Made by a program: the position numbers and the translations under genes. From positions 222,388-286,387 of the forward strand of contig NW_026867636.1 of NCBI RefSeq assembly GCF_020745735.1: a stretch of 64,000 bases of DNA. Reading direction: 5' to 3'. Below the pieces are notes generated by a model. The model did not search any database. It was not told the DNA's origin and saw nothing but the letters and a program-made list of their open reading frames with translations. Positions 53,231 through 64,000 of this stretch are shown here, in pieces. Numbering within the stretch: the stretch's first letter is position 1; the number at the start of each line of letters is the position of its first letter. This DNA comes from Hemiscyllium ocellatum (lineage: Eukaryota).

Positions 53231-54944
53231 GTGTCAAAGTGGAGATACACTGACTCTGAAGGTGACTGTCATCCACTGCACAGTTGTGTGTCCCGAACGA
53301 ATTAAATAGTTTAATTTTGGATCCACAATCTCAATATTTGGTCAGACAAATGTTGAGATGAGTATGTGGGATGCTCGGTTTACGAATCCTCCTATCTAAA
53401 TAATTACTTTTCAACTGGAATTGGCAGATATGCATAAAATGGTTGGATAGTTCACAGATGCTTCTTCTCCAAATTGGACGGCATTTACCGAGAGATTCTC
53501 CCAGTTTGATGACAGCATTGCGTTTTTTTTTATCCAGTGAGCATTTAATGTCATGGGCATTTTGGTCCAATGGGTAGCACTGCAGCCTCACTGGGCTACA
53601 CAGTCGGGTTCAATTGAATCCTCGGGTTCTGTGGAGTTTGTTCAGTCTCCTCTGCGTGGGTTTCTTTCAGATGCTTCCGTTTCTTCGTCCAGTCCAAAGA
53701 CATACAGCTTGGGTGGATTGTGAGGTTGCTAAATTTCCCATAGTGTTCGGGAATTTGCAGATGAGGTTGTTTCGCCTTGGCAAATGTAGAGTAACGGAGA
53801 CAGCGTGGGGATGATGTCTGTTAGGAGCTTCGATGTGGACTCAATGTACCGTAGGGATTGTATCATTCTACGTCCTTGAACCAGTTTATCTTCCCTCTTT
53901 GATATCACTTCCCCGAATTATGGAACCAAGGCATAAAAGTGTTTTGCTTTGAAATGCTGCATTCGGCATGCGAATACCATAACTTGCCAAAGCTGCAGAT
54001 TGATTAAGGCATTGGCCACAGAGAAGAAGCTTATATTGGAATGCATTCCAGAGGATTTCGGATGAATTATTACTTACCTTTCACAAAAGATGTTATCTGG
54101 ACAAATTGTCATTTCGGTGAAAATATGCGGGTAGAATATAACGGTTGATTTTAAATGATCACAAATGGAAAGGCAATGGGGAAAAGAGAAATTAACCCAA
54201 AAGTCCTGCTGTCAGATGTTTATCCTTCAGTCATCGTGAATGAAAACAGGTGAACTACTCATCGTCAGATCACTGTCTGAGGGATCTCAGTGTGCAGGAA
54301 TGGACTTCTAATGTCCTCCAGCGTCTGTAATTCGGAAATTGCCAAACTGAAATTGAAACTTTTTGAGTTGGCTTCAGATGGTGGCTTGCACTCTGTAAAT
54401 GCATATTTCTTTGGTCATAATTGCGCATTCTTTTGGGATAACTCCTTACAGCAGGTTGTTCAGCAAAAGAGAAACTCACTTCCCGATGATCAGGAACTCC
54501 CAGCGTGGACTGAAGCTGGGAACGTATCATTTTAAGACGGTCCTGACTTGATGACTGAAAAGGTCAGCACTTTGCCCACTCCCGCGCTTCCCCCACTTCC
54601 CCAAGCCCAGTAACTGAAACTGAAATTAAGCAGCAGAGGTAGTGAATGGACTGAACATTATTACCTTCATGGCTGAAAGCGGGAGAGATTTTTTTTTCAC
54701 CACAGTCGTCCTGCGTTTTGTCAGATTCTGTAAATAGATGATAGGGTTGAGAGCACATCGGAAACACATCAACACACCAAAGCTTTTTCTGTCATATGAA
54801 GGTATTGAAAGGAACTATTAAAATATTTCTTTCATTGACTGTCACTCTAAGTTAACACTCATATAGAGTGCTCCAAGGAGAGTTCTTCTTTCCAGTCTAC
54901 ACTCCACTCTGTCTCTATAACAGCCTGCCTATCTGTCAGACACA

Positions 54945-55165
54945 AATGGAAAATGACATCTGCAGATGATGGAGAGTTTGAGTCGAAAAAGTCTGGTGAT
55001 GGGAAAAAGCACAGATGATCTGGCAGCCTTTGAGAGCAGAAGTGTCGACGTTTCGGGCATAACCCTCCAAAGACTCATGATGAAATGTTATGCCTGAAAC
55101 ATAGACTACGTTATTACCGGAAGAGTCCCCGAACTGCTCTGCCTTTTCCATCACCACATTCTCAA
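54945..55165. mobile_element. Penelope-pLTR-derived fold-back element in the right-arm-only segment
   Basis: GACGTTTCGGGCATAAC mirrored by GTTATGCCTGAAACAT; GGTGATGGGAAAAAGC mirrored by GCCTTTTCCATCACC. Confidence 0.65.
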
Positions 55166-56049
55166 ATACAGCCTCAAATCTTTACACAACATTTTACCGT
55201 TCACGCACAAGCATTTATATTCACATTGCATCTCCTCACATTTCCTGCAGCATGGAAACAATATACACCTCTTGATTCAAATCTGAACTGTCACTTGCTT
55301 CTCCAAAGATAGTTTCTGACATTTTTTGGAGGTGAGGTACGGGGAAATAGAGCAGCTGTGTAAAGTACACACTTATCTTCGCAGGAAGTAGAATTTTGAA
55401 ACAGTGTCTCAGATGAATTGGCAACGCTACTATGTCCAAAGATTCTACAGCTTCAGACTGCTAATTTTGTGATGCTGACGGATTCACAAAAGGAAAAAGC
55501 AAGGTCCGTATTCTGTGGTACTAACCAATCCATGGTCGTGCCTTTATAGTCATGAAAAAAGTCTTAATGGCAAGAATTTCCACGGAGCTCATGCTAATTC
55601 CATAACCTTAACGACTCGACGATGATCACAGCTCCAATATGCACGCTCATAATACCAGAATAACTGCATTATGCGTGATGGGTTCCAATTGACAGGTGCA
55701 GTGCCGAAACTTTTCTGGAGCATGCGCAGAAGGAGTGAGTACTGGAAACTTTGAATTTCTAGTGAGATACGAGCGTAGAAGGACGTCAGTCAGCCCGTCA
55801 ATTCGAATCCATTCAAAAATAACGGAGATAGTTCAATAATTTCAACTTCATTTTCATGACCTTCACCCATAAACTTTGATTCCCATAATGATGATTCGTA
55901 ACGAGGTGTACCGCTATTCATGTACTCATTGTTTTTTCTCTCCACAAACGCTGCCCATCCGACTGAATTTTGACAGTGTTTTGAGCCTGTATCAGAATTA
56001 AAGTCTCATCAAAATTTTGCCTTTTTTCAACGAGTTAAAATATATCTGT

Positions 56050-56430
56050 CCATCTCAGCCTTGAATGGTAATCTCATTTAAATATCTCCTATTCTTTAGA
56101 GGCTTCACAGTGTAAATGCTGAAAGGATGTTTCCCTTCCTGGGCATATCTATGATCAGAGGGCAGAGTTTCAATAAAGTGATACGAAGTTAAGGGCGAGA
56201 TGAGGAGGAATGTTTTCGCTCTAGGGTTGTCAATCTTTGGAAGTTCTCGCCAATGAGGTGGGGGTTTAGATTTCTTGTACATATTTAAGGGTGGGATAAA
56301 TTCTTGTTCTGTCCAGGAATAGAGGGTTATGGGAAAAGGGCAGGAAAATGGACCTGAGGAATGTCCAACCAGCCCTGATGATATTCAAGGCTCGTAGGCT
56401 GAATGATCTTGCCCTGTTCATTTCTCCATG
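56050..56430 (+). mobile_element. CR1 3' end
   Basis: GGATGTTTCCC, GAGATGAGGAGGAATGTTTTC, 3' UTR. Confidence 0.75.
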
Positions 56431-56449
56431 ACGTGGATGTGTTGGATAA

Positions 56450-57020
56450 GCTCAATACAAGACAGCACCAGATTATTGTCCAACGGGTTTATTTGGAAGT
56501 ATTAGTTTCGGAGAACTGCCCATTCTTCAGGTAGATGACTATGAGAAGGGATTGGGATTTTTTTCAAAACTCTGGGAGATCCTTTAAAGTCGGAATGAGA
56601 AAATTGAGGTCCTGACTTGAAGCAGGCCTGGAATAGGTAACGTGCCTAAAGTGGGACAACAGCAGGATTGAAGGGTGCCATGTTTATTTGATACAACTTG
56701 CATAGCGCTCATGAGCAGCCTTTCTTTCACAAAGGTCTGGTCAAGAAAAGGATATTCGCAAAACAAATTCAAACCACGTGAAATGCTTGTTTCTTCCCAA
56801 TTTCAATCCAGAAACCACGGCATTTTTATAAATAAATCGGTTTCTTTTTGCCAAATTTTCATTGGAGATGATTTGCCGTCAGTGAACCCAATTGGAACGT
56901 CCTGGGACAGCATGAGGAGCGTGGCTAACAGTGGGAAATAGAGGAAATAGATTTCCACCTCAGAGAGAAACTGCTGAGTTATAAAAAAGATAAAGTTGTG
57001 CAGTGTAGTAAACGTACTCT
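56450..57020 (-). mobile_element. Penelope-type pLTR piece plus decayed RT fragment
   Basis: pLTR motif GTCCAACGGGTTTATTTGGAAG; TLHNFIFF and QDVPIG resemble Penelope RT motifs. Confidence 0.45.
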
Positions 57021-57249
57021 TCACTTCAACTTGTCAAATCTGACCATATTCCGAAATTGAGTAAGTCCCAGCTGCCACTGTTTGGCCCATTTTGGTCTAA
57101 ATTTTGAGTATCCTTGTAAATCTACAAATGTATTTTAAACGTTGTACATACACATGCATCCGTCAATACGTGGTTAGTTTATTCCACACACTGATCATTC
57201 TCTGTATAAATGTTGTGCCTCATGTCTTAGTACTGGAACAAGCAGATTT

Positions 57250-57900
57250 GTTGTCACTGGTTTGCTGCGGGTTCCACATGCCAGCAAGGTGAGGACTCGG
57301 GAGAGGGACTAGTCGAACACGGAGCTACAAGGATGGTTCAGGTGTGAGGGTTTCGCATACCTGGATAATTGGTGACAATTATGGGGTAGGTGGAATCTCG
57401 ACAAACATGATGGTTCACATCTGAACCAGAGGGGTACTTATATCCTCGGAGGGAATTTGGTTATGGCTGTTTGAGAGGGTTTAAACTAATTCAACGGAGC
57501 GATGGCAAACTAATTTGAATATACAGTGTCCAGGACGTAAGCATACTGAGATCAGAAATGAGATTTCAAGGTTGCAAGGGTGAACCAGCAAGCCGGAGTG
57601 GGGTATGAAGTGCATCTACTTCAATGCCAGGAGCATCCGGAATAAGATGGGTGAGCCTGCAGCATGCATTGGTTCCTGGGATTTTGATGTTGGGGTCTTT
57701 TGGGAGACATGGATAGAACAGTGACTGGAATGGTTCAAGCATTTAGATGTTTCAGTCAGAACAGAGAAGATGAGAAAAGAGGGGAGGTGTGCCTATGTTA
57801 GTGAAGGACAGCATTGCGATGGGAGAGAGGATGTTTGAGCACTCATCTACTGATGTACTATGGGTTGAGTTTCGAAACAGGAAAGGAGTCACACAGAATG
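57250..57900 (+). mobile_element. CR1 ORF1 end and ORF2 start
   Basis: HLNQRGTYIL (esterase-like ORF1); CIYFNARSIRNKMGE (endonuclease start). Confidence 0.8.
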
Positions 57901-57999
57901 TGGTGCGTGTATGGAGTGAACTTCTGGAAGAAATGGCGGAAGCTGTAAAAATTGATTGAGGAATTTGGTTGGTGGAGCAAAATGTGGCATATAGTTCCC

Positions 58000-58710
58000 A
58001 AATTAAACTGACCAGGAAGTACCTCACGAAGATTCAGCGGAGATTTTCTCGCATGTACCCCGACCTCATCTAATGTATCTGTTGCTCTCAATGTGGTTGC
58101 CACTACATCTGGGTGACAGGATGCCAACTTGCAGAGTGGTTCAGAGGGCATCTCTGGATGTATGCAGCAACTAGCATTACCGCCCTGTGCCACCCACTCC
58201 AAATCTCCCTTAATTTCCCCCAAGGAAATGCAGGTCCTGGGCCTCTTCCACTACCAAATCAAATCCACCCCCCAAGTGGAGTAAGAACACCGTATCTTCC
58301 GCCTCAGATCTCTTCAATATCATGTAATCAAACTTGAGTTTACCAACTGCCTAATGTCCCCTTCCACTTTCTCATCGCGGATCTAACCCTCTAACTTGGC
58401 ACAGATATCTGGATCTATCATATCTGATTGTCTTCCTTCCCACCCGTTCGCTCCAGCCTGCTCGCTGACCTATCACAGTTGTCCTTACCAGCATCCGACG
58501 ATCGACTTTCGAATATCTTATCTTACCCACATGCCCCACTTCACACCCCATTTATCTTTCATACCACTTGACCCTCTGCATTCTGGTTCAAGGGCTTACA
58601 CCCGAAACGTCGACTCGCCTGTACCGCGGATGCTGCCTGACCTACTGTTCTTTTACAGTGCCACACTCTTTGATTGTCTCTCCAACATCTGCACTCCAAC
58701 GTTTTCTTAA
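58000..58710 (+). mobile_element. Penelope-like 3' end with degenerate hammerhead core
   Basis: CSQCGCHYI/TGCQLAEWFRGH; AAGGGCTTACACCCGAAACGTCGAC at ~58590-58614. Confidence 0.8.
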
Positions 58711-59592
58711 TGAATAATTTCGTGCTACATAGTTAGCATTGTAACCAGAATGACTGTGAAACGATAAAACGATATTAATATCTTCTTTGAATCGGGCAAA
58801 GAGAGTGGAGTGTTTATCAAAGTAGCGAGGCGAGGAGAATCTTAAGCAGTCGAATTTATGACTTCAACACCTTAAAACCATGTACATGATTTGGAGTTGC
58901 GTTCTGTAAAATAAATACATCCCAGAGCAAAACTGATTTTGAAAGCAAACTTCCAATAATGAGTTACCTTTTCTTCTTTATCCCATTTCAAGCACTATTT
59001 AAACCTGAGACACTTGTTTTCCTAAACGGTGGCAGAGCGAATAGAGTAACATTCTGTGCTTTGTCCCACTTTCAATTTACTTTCTGACCTAACACTGCTG
59101 AGTCGAAGTTTAAATCGAAGCATGTCCCGATCTGATGATGGTCTTGTAATGCTGTGAACGGCTGCCCTCCCTCTTTCCCTCTGCAACTGAATCCTTGACC
59201 AGCCCCTATAAAGTGGCGTGGGGAGGCCAGCAGAGAGTGCCATTGTATCACTGTCAACGTGAGGGAGCTTTGCTGCAACATTCGCGCTCCAGCCTCAAAT
59301 AATACTTATCTTGCTAACGTTGATGTCATCGAGTGCATGCTGTCTGCGATGTAACACATATCTCTCGGTTTTAGTCTTTTGATCTTCACAGTTTAAGTTA
59401 CTATAATCTGACTGTAGTATTCTGAAAAACAAATTTTCTTTGTACATCGTTACACATGATAATGGATCAATCAATAGTGACTTTTCAACGCCTGACAGGA
59501 ATTTCTCCTTTGGACTGAATTGAGGTAGCAGCCATTGGAATGGGCCAGGTAATGCTCAAAAAATGTAATGACACCATCTGTGATATTTAATC

Positions 59593-60497
59593 TTATTTAT
59601 TTTGTAAAAAGCAAGAAATTCGTGTAATCGGGAATTTTACTGCGCAATTAATCGTCGTTCTGAACCTAGGTAATGCTGCTAAATAAATAAACGTGTTTGT
59701 ACAACAACTCAGGTTCCGCAGCATATAACCAACTCTCCTGAAGTCAGATAGAAAAGGCGTAAAATCGGCGGGATTGACTTTTTGAATTGCATAATAGAAG
59801 AATTTTACAACATTGATTAACCACAGGAGGATGAAGGTCCCAGATATGGTGAAGAGTAATATCACAGACTTCCTTCTGCTTGACATCTCTGGATCACTGC
59901 GATTCTTTCCTTTGCTCTCACCCTTCAGCCTCTTCCGGACTCGACTGGTCAATAAAATATGTCTGACTGTCACAACATTGATCAACATAATTAAAACGAA
60001 TGGCAGCAAAGGTGTTAAAGCCGTATCAAGCCAATCGAATGCTATCCACCAAGTCTCAGTAAAGTAGCTTGACCTTGTCCTACAATAGAATGGCACATTG
60101 TTGATTATTCTTAATGGTTCATATGCGAAATAATAGGGAATGTTTTTCAAACAGAACAAAGTGCAGATTGTTGATAGAACGTGAGTTGCAGTTTTCTAAG
60201 TACTATATTTTGTTCTCAGATTCTGACAACAAATGGTAACAAATCGGTCAAAGGAGAAAGAGACAGTGAACCAGACAGAGCAGTCAGTGGCTACACGACA
60301 CATGGATCCAATAATATTACACACAGGAATGATGTCCAGGAAGGTTCGTCCATAATAATAAGAACGAAATCTCAACAGAAGAACAGTCGTGATAATGACC
60401 ATCAGATCGGAAGCTGCCATAACCACCAGGTAGCGGGTAGTACAAGGAGAAACACTGCACTTTCCCCCGGAAAGAGTTGCAATTGCCAGCAAATTAA
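59593..60497 (-). CDS. GPCR coding exon 2 (TM1-TM7), interrupted by in-frame TAG
   Basis: Acceptor ttgtattccacag|TTAATTTG; ORFs 60196..60510 and 59593..60159 are the same frame, separated by TAG plus 12 codons (KYST*KTATHVLSTICTLFCLKNIP). Confidence 0.88.
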
Positions 60498-60589
60498 CTG
60501 TGGAATACAAATAGTAACAAAAGCAATGAATTACTGATCATAAATTCACCCTACCTGCTCGAGACGGCAAAACTAAGATTTTACTGCCT

Positions 60590-60930
60590 ATAAATAGAAT
60601 TTAGCAGCTTCCAAATCTTCCAACAACTCACCTCATCCCAGACCCAACCCTCTTTCTCCATCTCACTGCCTTGACCTGACTCGACTTGTCCCTCTTCCTC
60701 ACCACCCATACATTGAATTCTTCCCACTGACCAATCACAGACACCTCCAACTTGCTTCCACATATTGCCACCCCACATATCTTTCCACCAGCCGCACACC
60801 ACCAATTTATTTCTGTGTCCCTTTCTCCATTGAGTCCTGCTGAAATATTTCAAACTGAGAAGTCGACTGCCCTTCACCTCCGATGCTGCATGACCTGCTG
60901 TACATTATTTTCCATCTCAATTCTTTGTCC
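60590..60930 (+). mobile_element. Penelope 3' fragment in GPCR intron
   Basis: CACCTCATCCCAGACCCAACCCTC...GATGCTGCATGACCTGCTG. Confidence 0.65.
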
Positions 60931-62072
60931 ACTGTCAAAAATACATTCCAATGTGTATCGTCGATTCTGACAGGTTTCAACTCCAAGTCTCTGAGATGCA
61001 GAACCCATTAGAAATGTTGCACGCATCTGAGTAATTGAACTGGTGATTGAAATATCATTGAAACAAATTCTTCTCTCTCTTTAGATCAGGTCATTCTCTG
61101 TTCATGGGGCCAAATCCCGATCAGAGTCTCAATAGGATTAAGAAACAGGCCATCAAAATCTGCACAGCATCTTAAACAAGACTGTTCAATTTGTTTTGCA
61201 CAAGGGCATCATGACTGATGATGCAGGGCTCCCTTCGTGACAATGTGTGAATGTTAGAACTGCTGTGACGTTTACGTTGTAAACCTACACATCTCTCCAT
61301 GACATACATCTCAAAATAAAGTTCAGGAGGTTATTCTGTCAAGACGATAATCCAATGATCATGGATGGTGGGGAGGAGAGAATTTTCAGAAAGAATGGTA
61401 GTTAGATGAAGCTTTAGAAATCAAAATAGCGACGTTTCCCCGATTCCTGTTATTTAACAAAAATGTCCTATCCATTTTAAAATTCATAACTGATCCAGTA
61501 TCTAATGCCAGGATTTAATGGAGTTCCAAACCTGTCCATCCTTTCTGTCCAGAAGTGTTTCCTAACATCTGTCTTGGTCGCTCTGAACCTAATTCGCACA
61601 CTAAGCTTCCTCATTCTAGAATGCACAACCGATGGAAATAGTTCACGTTTTCCTTCCAATCATTGTACGACATCGTTCACATCAAAATTCTGGAGATAAT
61701 CGGCCTAGCTTGCATATCAAACTTGGAATTTTCCCAGCAGATCCGGCAGCATCCGTTGGAGAGAAAGCAGAGTGAACACTTAGGTTCCAGTGACTCTTCT
61801 GCAGAGCTACTTTGCATGATCTGTCCTCATAGCTTCAAAACGTATGAAAACGGAACCGATGACAGAACACTGAAATCAGGAAATTCTGTAGTATCAGTGA
61901 AGCTAGGAGTGCCCGTTGTATTGAGAAAGCTGCTGCGTGAATTGCTGTCACTGTTCTGGTGCTTGTACAAGACTGACCAACCAGTACATGGAGACATTAT
62001 TGTTGAAAAGCTAAAAAACAGAGAGCAGATCATTGGCAGATTAAAACAACTTCATTTGCCATAATACCATAC

Positions 62073-62139
62073 CAGGAACGCCAATAAAAGCAAGGATGGT
62101 GTAGAACACCTTCTCCACGTGTTGAATTGGTAGGTGCAT
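62073..62139 (-). CDS. GPCR coding exon 1 (22 codons + 1 nt)
   Basis: ATG at 62139-62137; ends CCTG|GTATGG donor; encodes N-terminus and start of TM1. Confidence 0.8.
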
Positions 62140-62225
62140 TTTTCCGTGCACTGTGATCTGTTCCTGCAGGCAGCTCAGAAGCTCCTTGTTTGAAACACTG
62201 AGCTGATGTATTCCCAGAGACGTCG

Positions 62226-62233
62226 CCTTATAC
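62226..62233 (-). promoter_or_regulatory. Candidate TATA box of the GPCR gene
   Basis: GTATAAGG about 90 nt upstream of the ATG; position only. Confidence 0.4.
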
Positions 62234-63819
62234 TGTGTGGAAGCTCCTTGGGGAGATCGAAGTAACAACATTTCTCAGCTTCGTTGGTTTTTTTTCAAAT
62301 TGCTGTCAATCAACAATTTTAAGACAATAACAATCTTAGTCACAATTACGAAGGAATGCAACTGTTCATATATCATGATGAACTAACAAAAACATTATTT
62401 GGAATCTGCCAGAGATAACAGAGATGCCACTCAAACATTATGAGCCCAATCCCGACCACATGTTATTTCTACCGATGCTGCATCAGTGCAGTTTATTAGA
62501 AAATTGAACGTATGTCTCAGACCTGTCCATCTGTACTCTCAGGTAGGAGCTGCCCTTTTCTAGCAAGGACATTCCATTCACTGATTGAAATGTGCTTTTT
62601 TTCACACAATGGTTGTGTGCTTCGCTGTCGTGGTTTGCACTTATTTTCCATCGCCAATTTCCCAGGATCTCGAATCAGATAAAGGGACAAGTGAAGCGAA
62701 CATACTGTCTATCCTGATGGAAGAGGACCCACTGCACATGATGGGTTCCTAACGATTGGAAACATGGATGAGACTTTTGTATCCAAATCAGATTGGGGCT
62801 TGAATGTCAGCACCTGTTGTGGTGGATTTGAACCCACAGCGACAGAACATTAGCTTCGAGCTTACAAGAAAATAACCTAAAAGTAATATGACAATGCCAT
62901 ACTCCACATAGTTTGCATTGCTATACTTTATCCGTAAACTAATTTAGCACCGTTCCCTACTTAGGAAACGTTAACAGATTTGTTCTCTGCATTTAATCGA
63001 AGTCAAACTCTTTATTGGTCATTCTGTTCTGAGTGTCTTCTCCCCGGCCCATTATGCAGTCAATAGTGTCACTAGATCCTGATGCATTGTCACGGATCCT
63101 TGCACCATCAAATAGCTCTCTCCTGCAGGCTCAAGTTGGAATAAACTCATATCCTGAACATGAATGTGTCTCCGACCATCCTCGGGAGAAAAGGTAAACA
63201 GACATGAAAACGGAATGCCCTGAAAAACATGATGCCCGCCAACTCAATCCCAATCGTTTCCACGGCCATATCCCGCTGTTATCTCTTTCCTTCTCTTTCT
63301 CTCCTACACTTACCCTCTGTTCTTTCACTCTCTGTCTTTCTCTGCGAATAGAAATGTATAAATTAGTCCCACGTTCTCACTAGCTACGTGTACATCCTTC
63401 CATTTTCTCCGTTTCTAGCAATTTTTCTGTAAGTCTGTCCTTGTCTTATTCCTCAAGTGTCTGAATATTTACGTTCGCTTCCTAAATCTTATCCATTTAA
63501 CTTTCTCTGTCTCTGTCTCACTGACTTGTTGACCTTTCAATAACTCACTGTCTATTAATCTGAGAATTCATGTCAGAACCTTATTTCCCGAAGCCTATTC
63601 ATGGTCCGGCAACATCCTATTAAATTGAAGCTGGATGCGTGTGCTGAAGTCACCATCCTCTCTGATCACTTGGTGCAACTGTAGTAGCACAAGCTGTACC
63701 CAAGAGAGAGGAAAAACTGCAAAGAGCAGAGGTAATCGTCAGACAGTTGGAAATGTGTCCCGAAACTGCAATCAGCACCTCTCAGTTTTGGAGCACATTG
63801 TGTTGGGATTTCACGATCA

Positions 63820-63980
63820 TTAATAGTCCAGGACATGCAAGATACTATGACTCTGGGGAGTGTTGTTGAACAGCGGGGCCTTGGGGTGCAAATGCACAGT
63901 TCATTGAAAGTGGAATCAGAGGTAGATACGGTAGAAAAGAAGGCATTTTGCATGCTTGCCTTCATTGGTCAGGGTATTGA
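63820..63980 (+). mobile_element. CR1 fragment ending in a fold-back
   Basis: SVVEQRGLGVQMHSSLKVESEVDTVEKKAFCMLAFIG. Confidence 0.8.
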
Positions 63981-64000
63981 CCAATGAAGGCAAGGCTTTG

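Larger units (their letters stand above)
46312..55928 (-). repeat. Right arm of large inverted segmental duplication
   Basis: Reverse-complement copy of 19330-28815 with the same nested CR1, HE1 SINE, LTR-like and CA-rich blocks in mirror order; paired spurious ORFs (27224..27613+ vs 46794..47210-, 25519+ vs 48739-). Confidence 0.95.
59593..62139 (-). pseudogene. GPR139-like: Two-exon rhodopsin-family GPCR (probable GPR139-like, cartilaginous-fish expanded type) with one premature stop; ~323 codons if repaired
   Basis: Exon 1 MHLPIQHVEKVFYTILAFIGVP joins in phase 1 to exon 2 VNLLAIATLSGGKC...ATDCSVWFTVSFSFDRFVTICC...DPEMSSRRKSVILLF...NLSCCTNTFIY; seven hydrophobic segments, DRF and NxxxY motifs; in-frame TAG at 60196-60198. 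Confidence 0.88.

Noticed and set aside
47454-55740. Apparent multi-exon gene duplicated head-to-head in the arms (AG/GT-bounded segments; ORF 47454..47654 shared with 26780..27082)
   Set aside because: The best candidate exons are decayed CR1 sequence read off-frame (GVQRRF, EERL, 3' UTR). Between-arm differences I tallied were about one quarter synonymous (neutral), and stops are shared by both arms.
19323-55935. Giant transposon with 9.5 kb TIRs, TG...CA ends and a CTGTTTT/TTGTTTT target duplication
   Set aside because: Both flanks are T-rich parts of Penelope termini, the match is imperfect, no transposase is present and the arms are mosaics of older repeats.
59200-59330. TATA-like CTATAAAG as promoter of a second gene
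   Set aside because: No downstream ORF or exon that I can support.

Overview
Eukaryotic, repeat-dense vertebrate DNA, most likely a shark (HE1-type tRNA SINEs, many decayed CR1 LINEs, Penelope-like elements, a GPR139-like receptor of the cartilaginous-fish type). The only recognisable host protein gene is a two-exon class A GPCR on the minus strand (62139-59593) with one in-frame TAG. The dominant structure is a ~36.6 kb inverted segmental duplication: arms 19330-28815 and 46312-55928, roughly 80-90% identical by eye, with reciprocal ~0.6-0.7 kb indels, Penelope-derived sequence at three of four ends and CpG-rich outer tips. The ~17.5 kb spacer holds a 6.5 kb 20-bp minisatellite interrupted by SINE/tRNA-Leu pseudogene/SINE, a Gmr1-type Gypsy remnant with gag pieces in opposite orientations, a CR1, and two young Penelope copies with near-canonical hammerhead ribozyme cores. 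Nearly all ORFs in the supplied track are repeat fragments or low-complexity artefacts. Family calls come from motif recognition, not database searches, and repeat boundaries are approximate.
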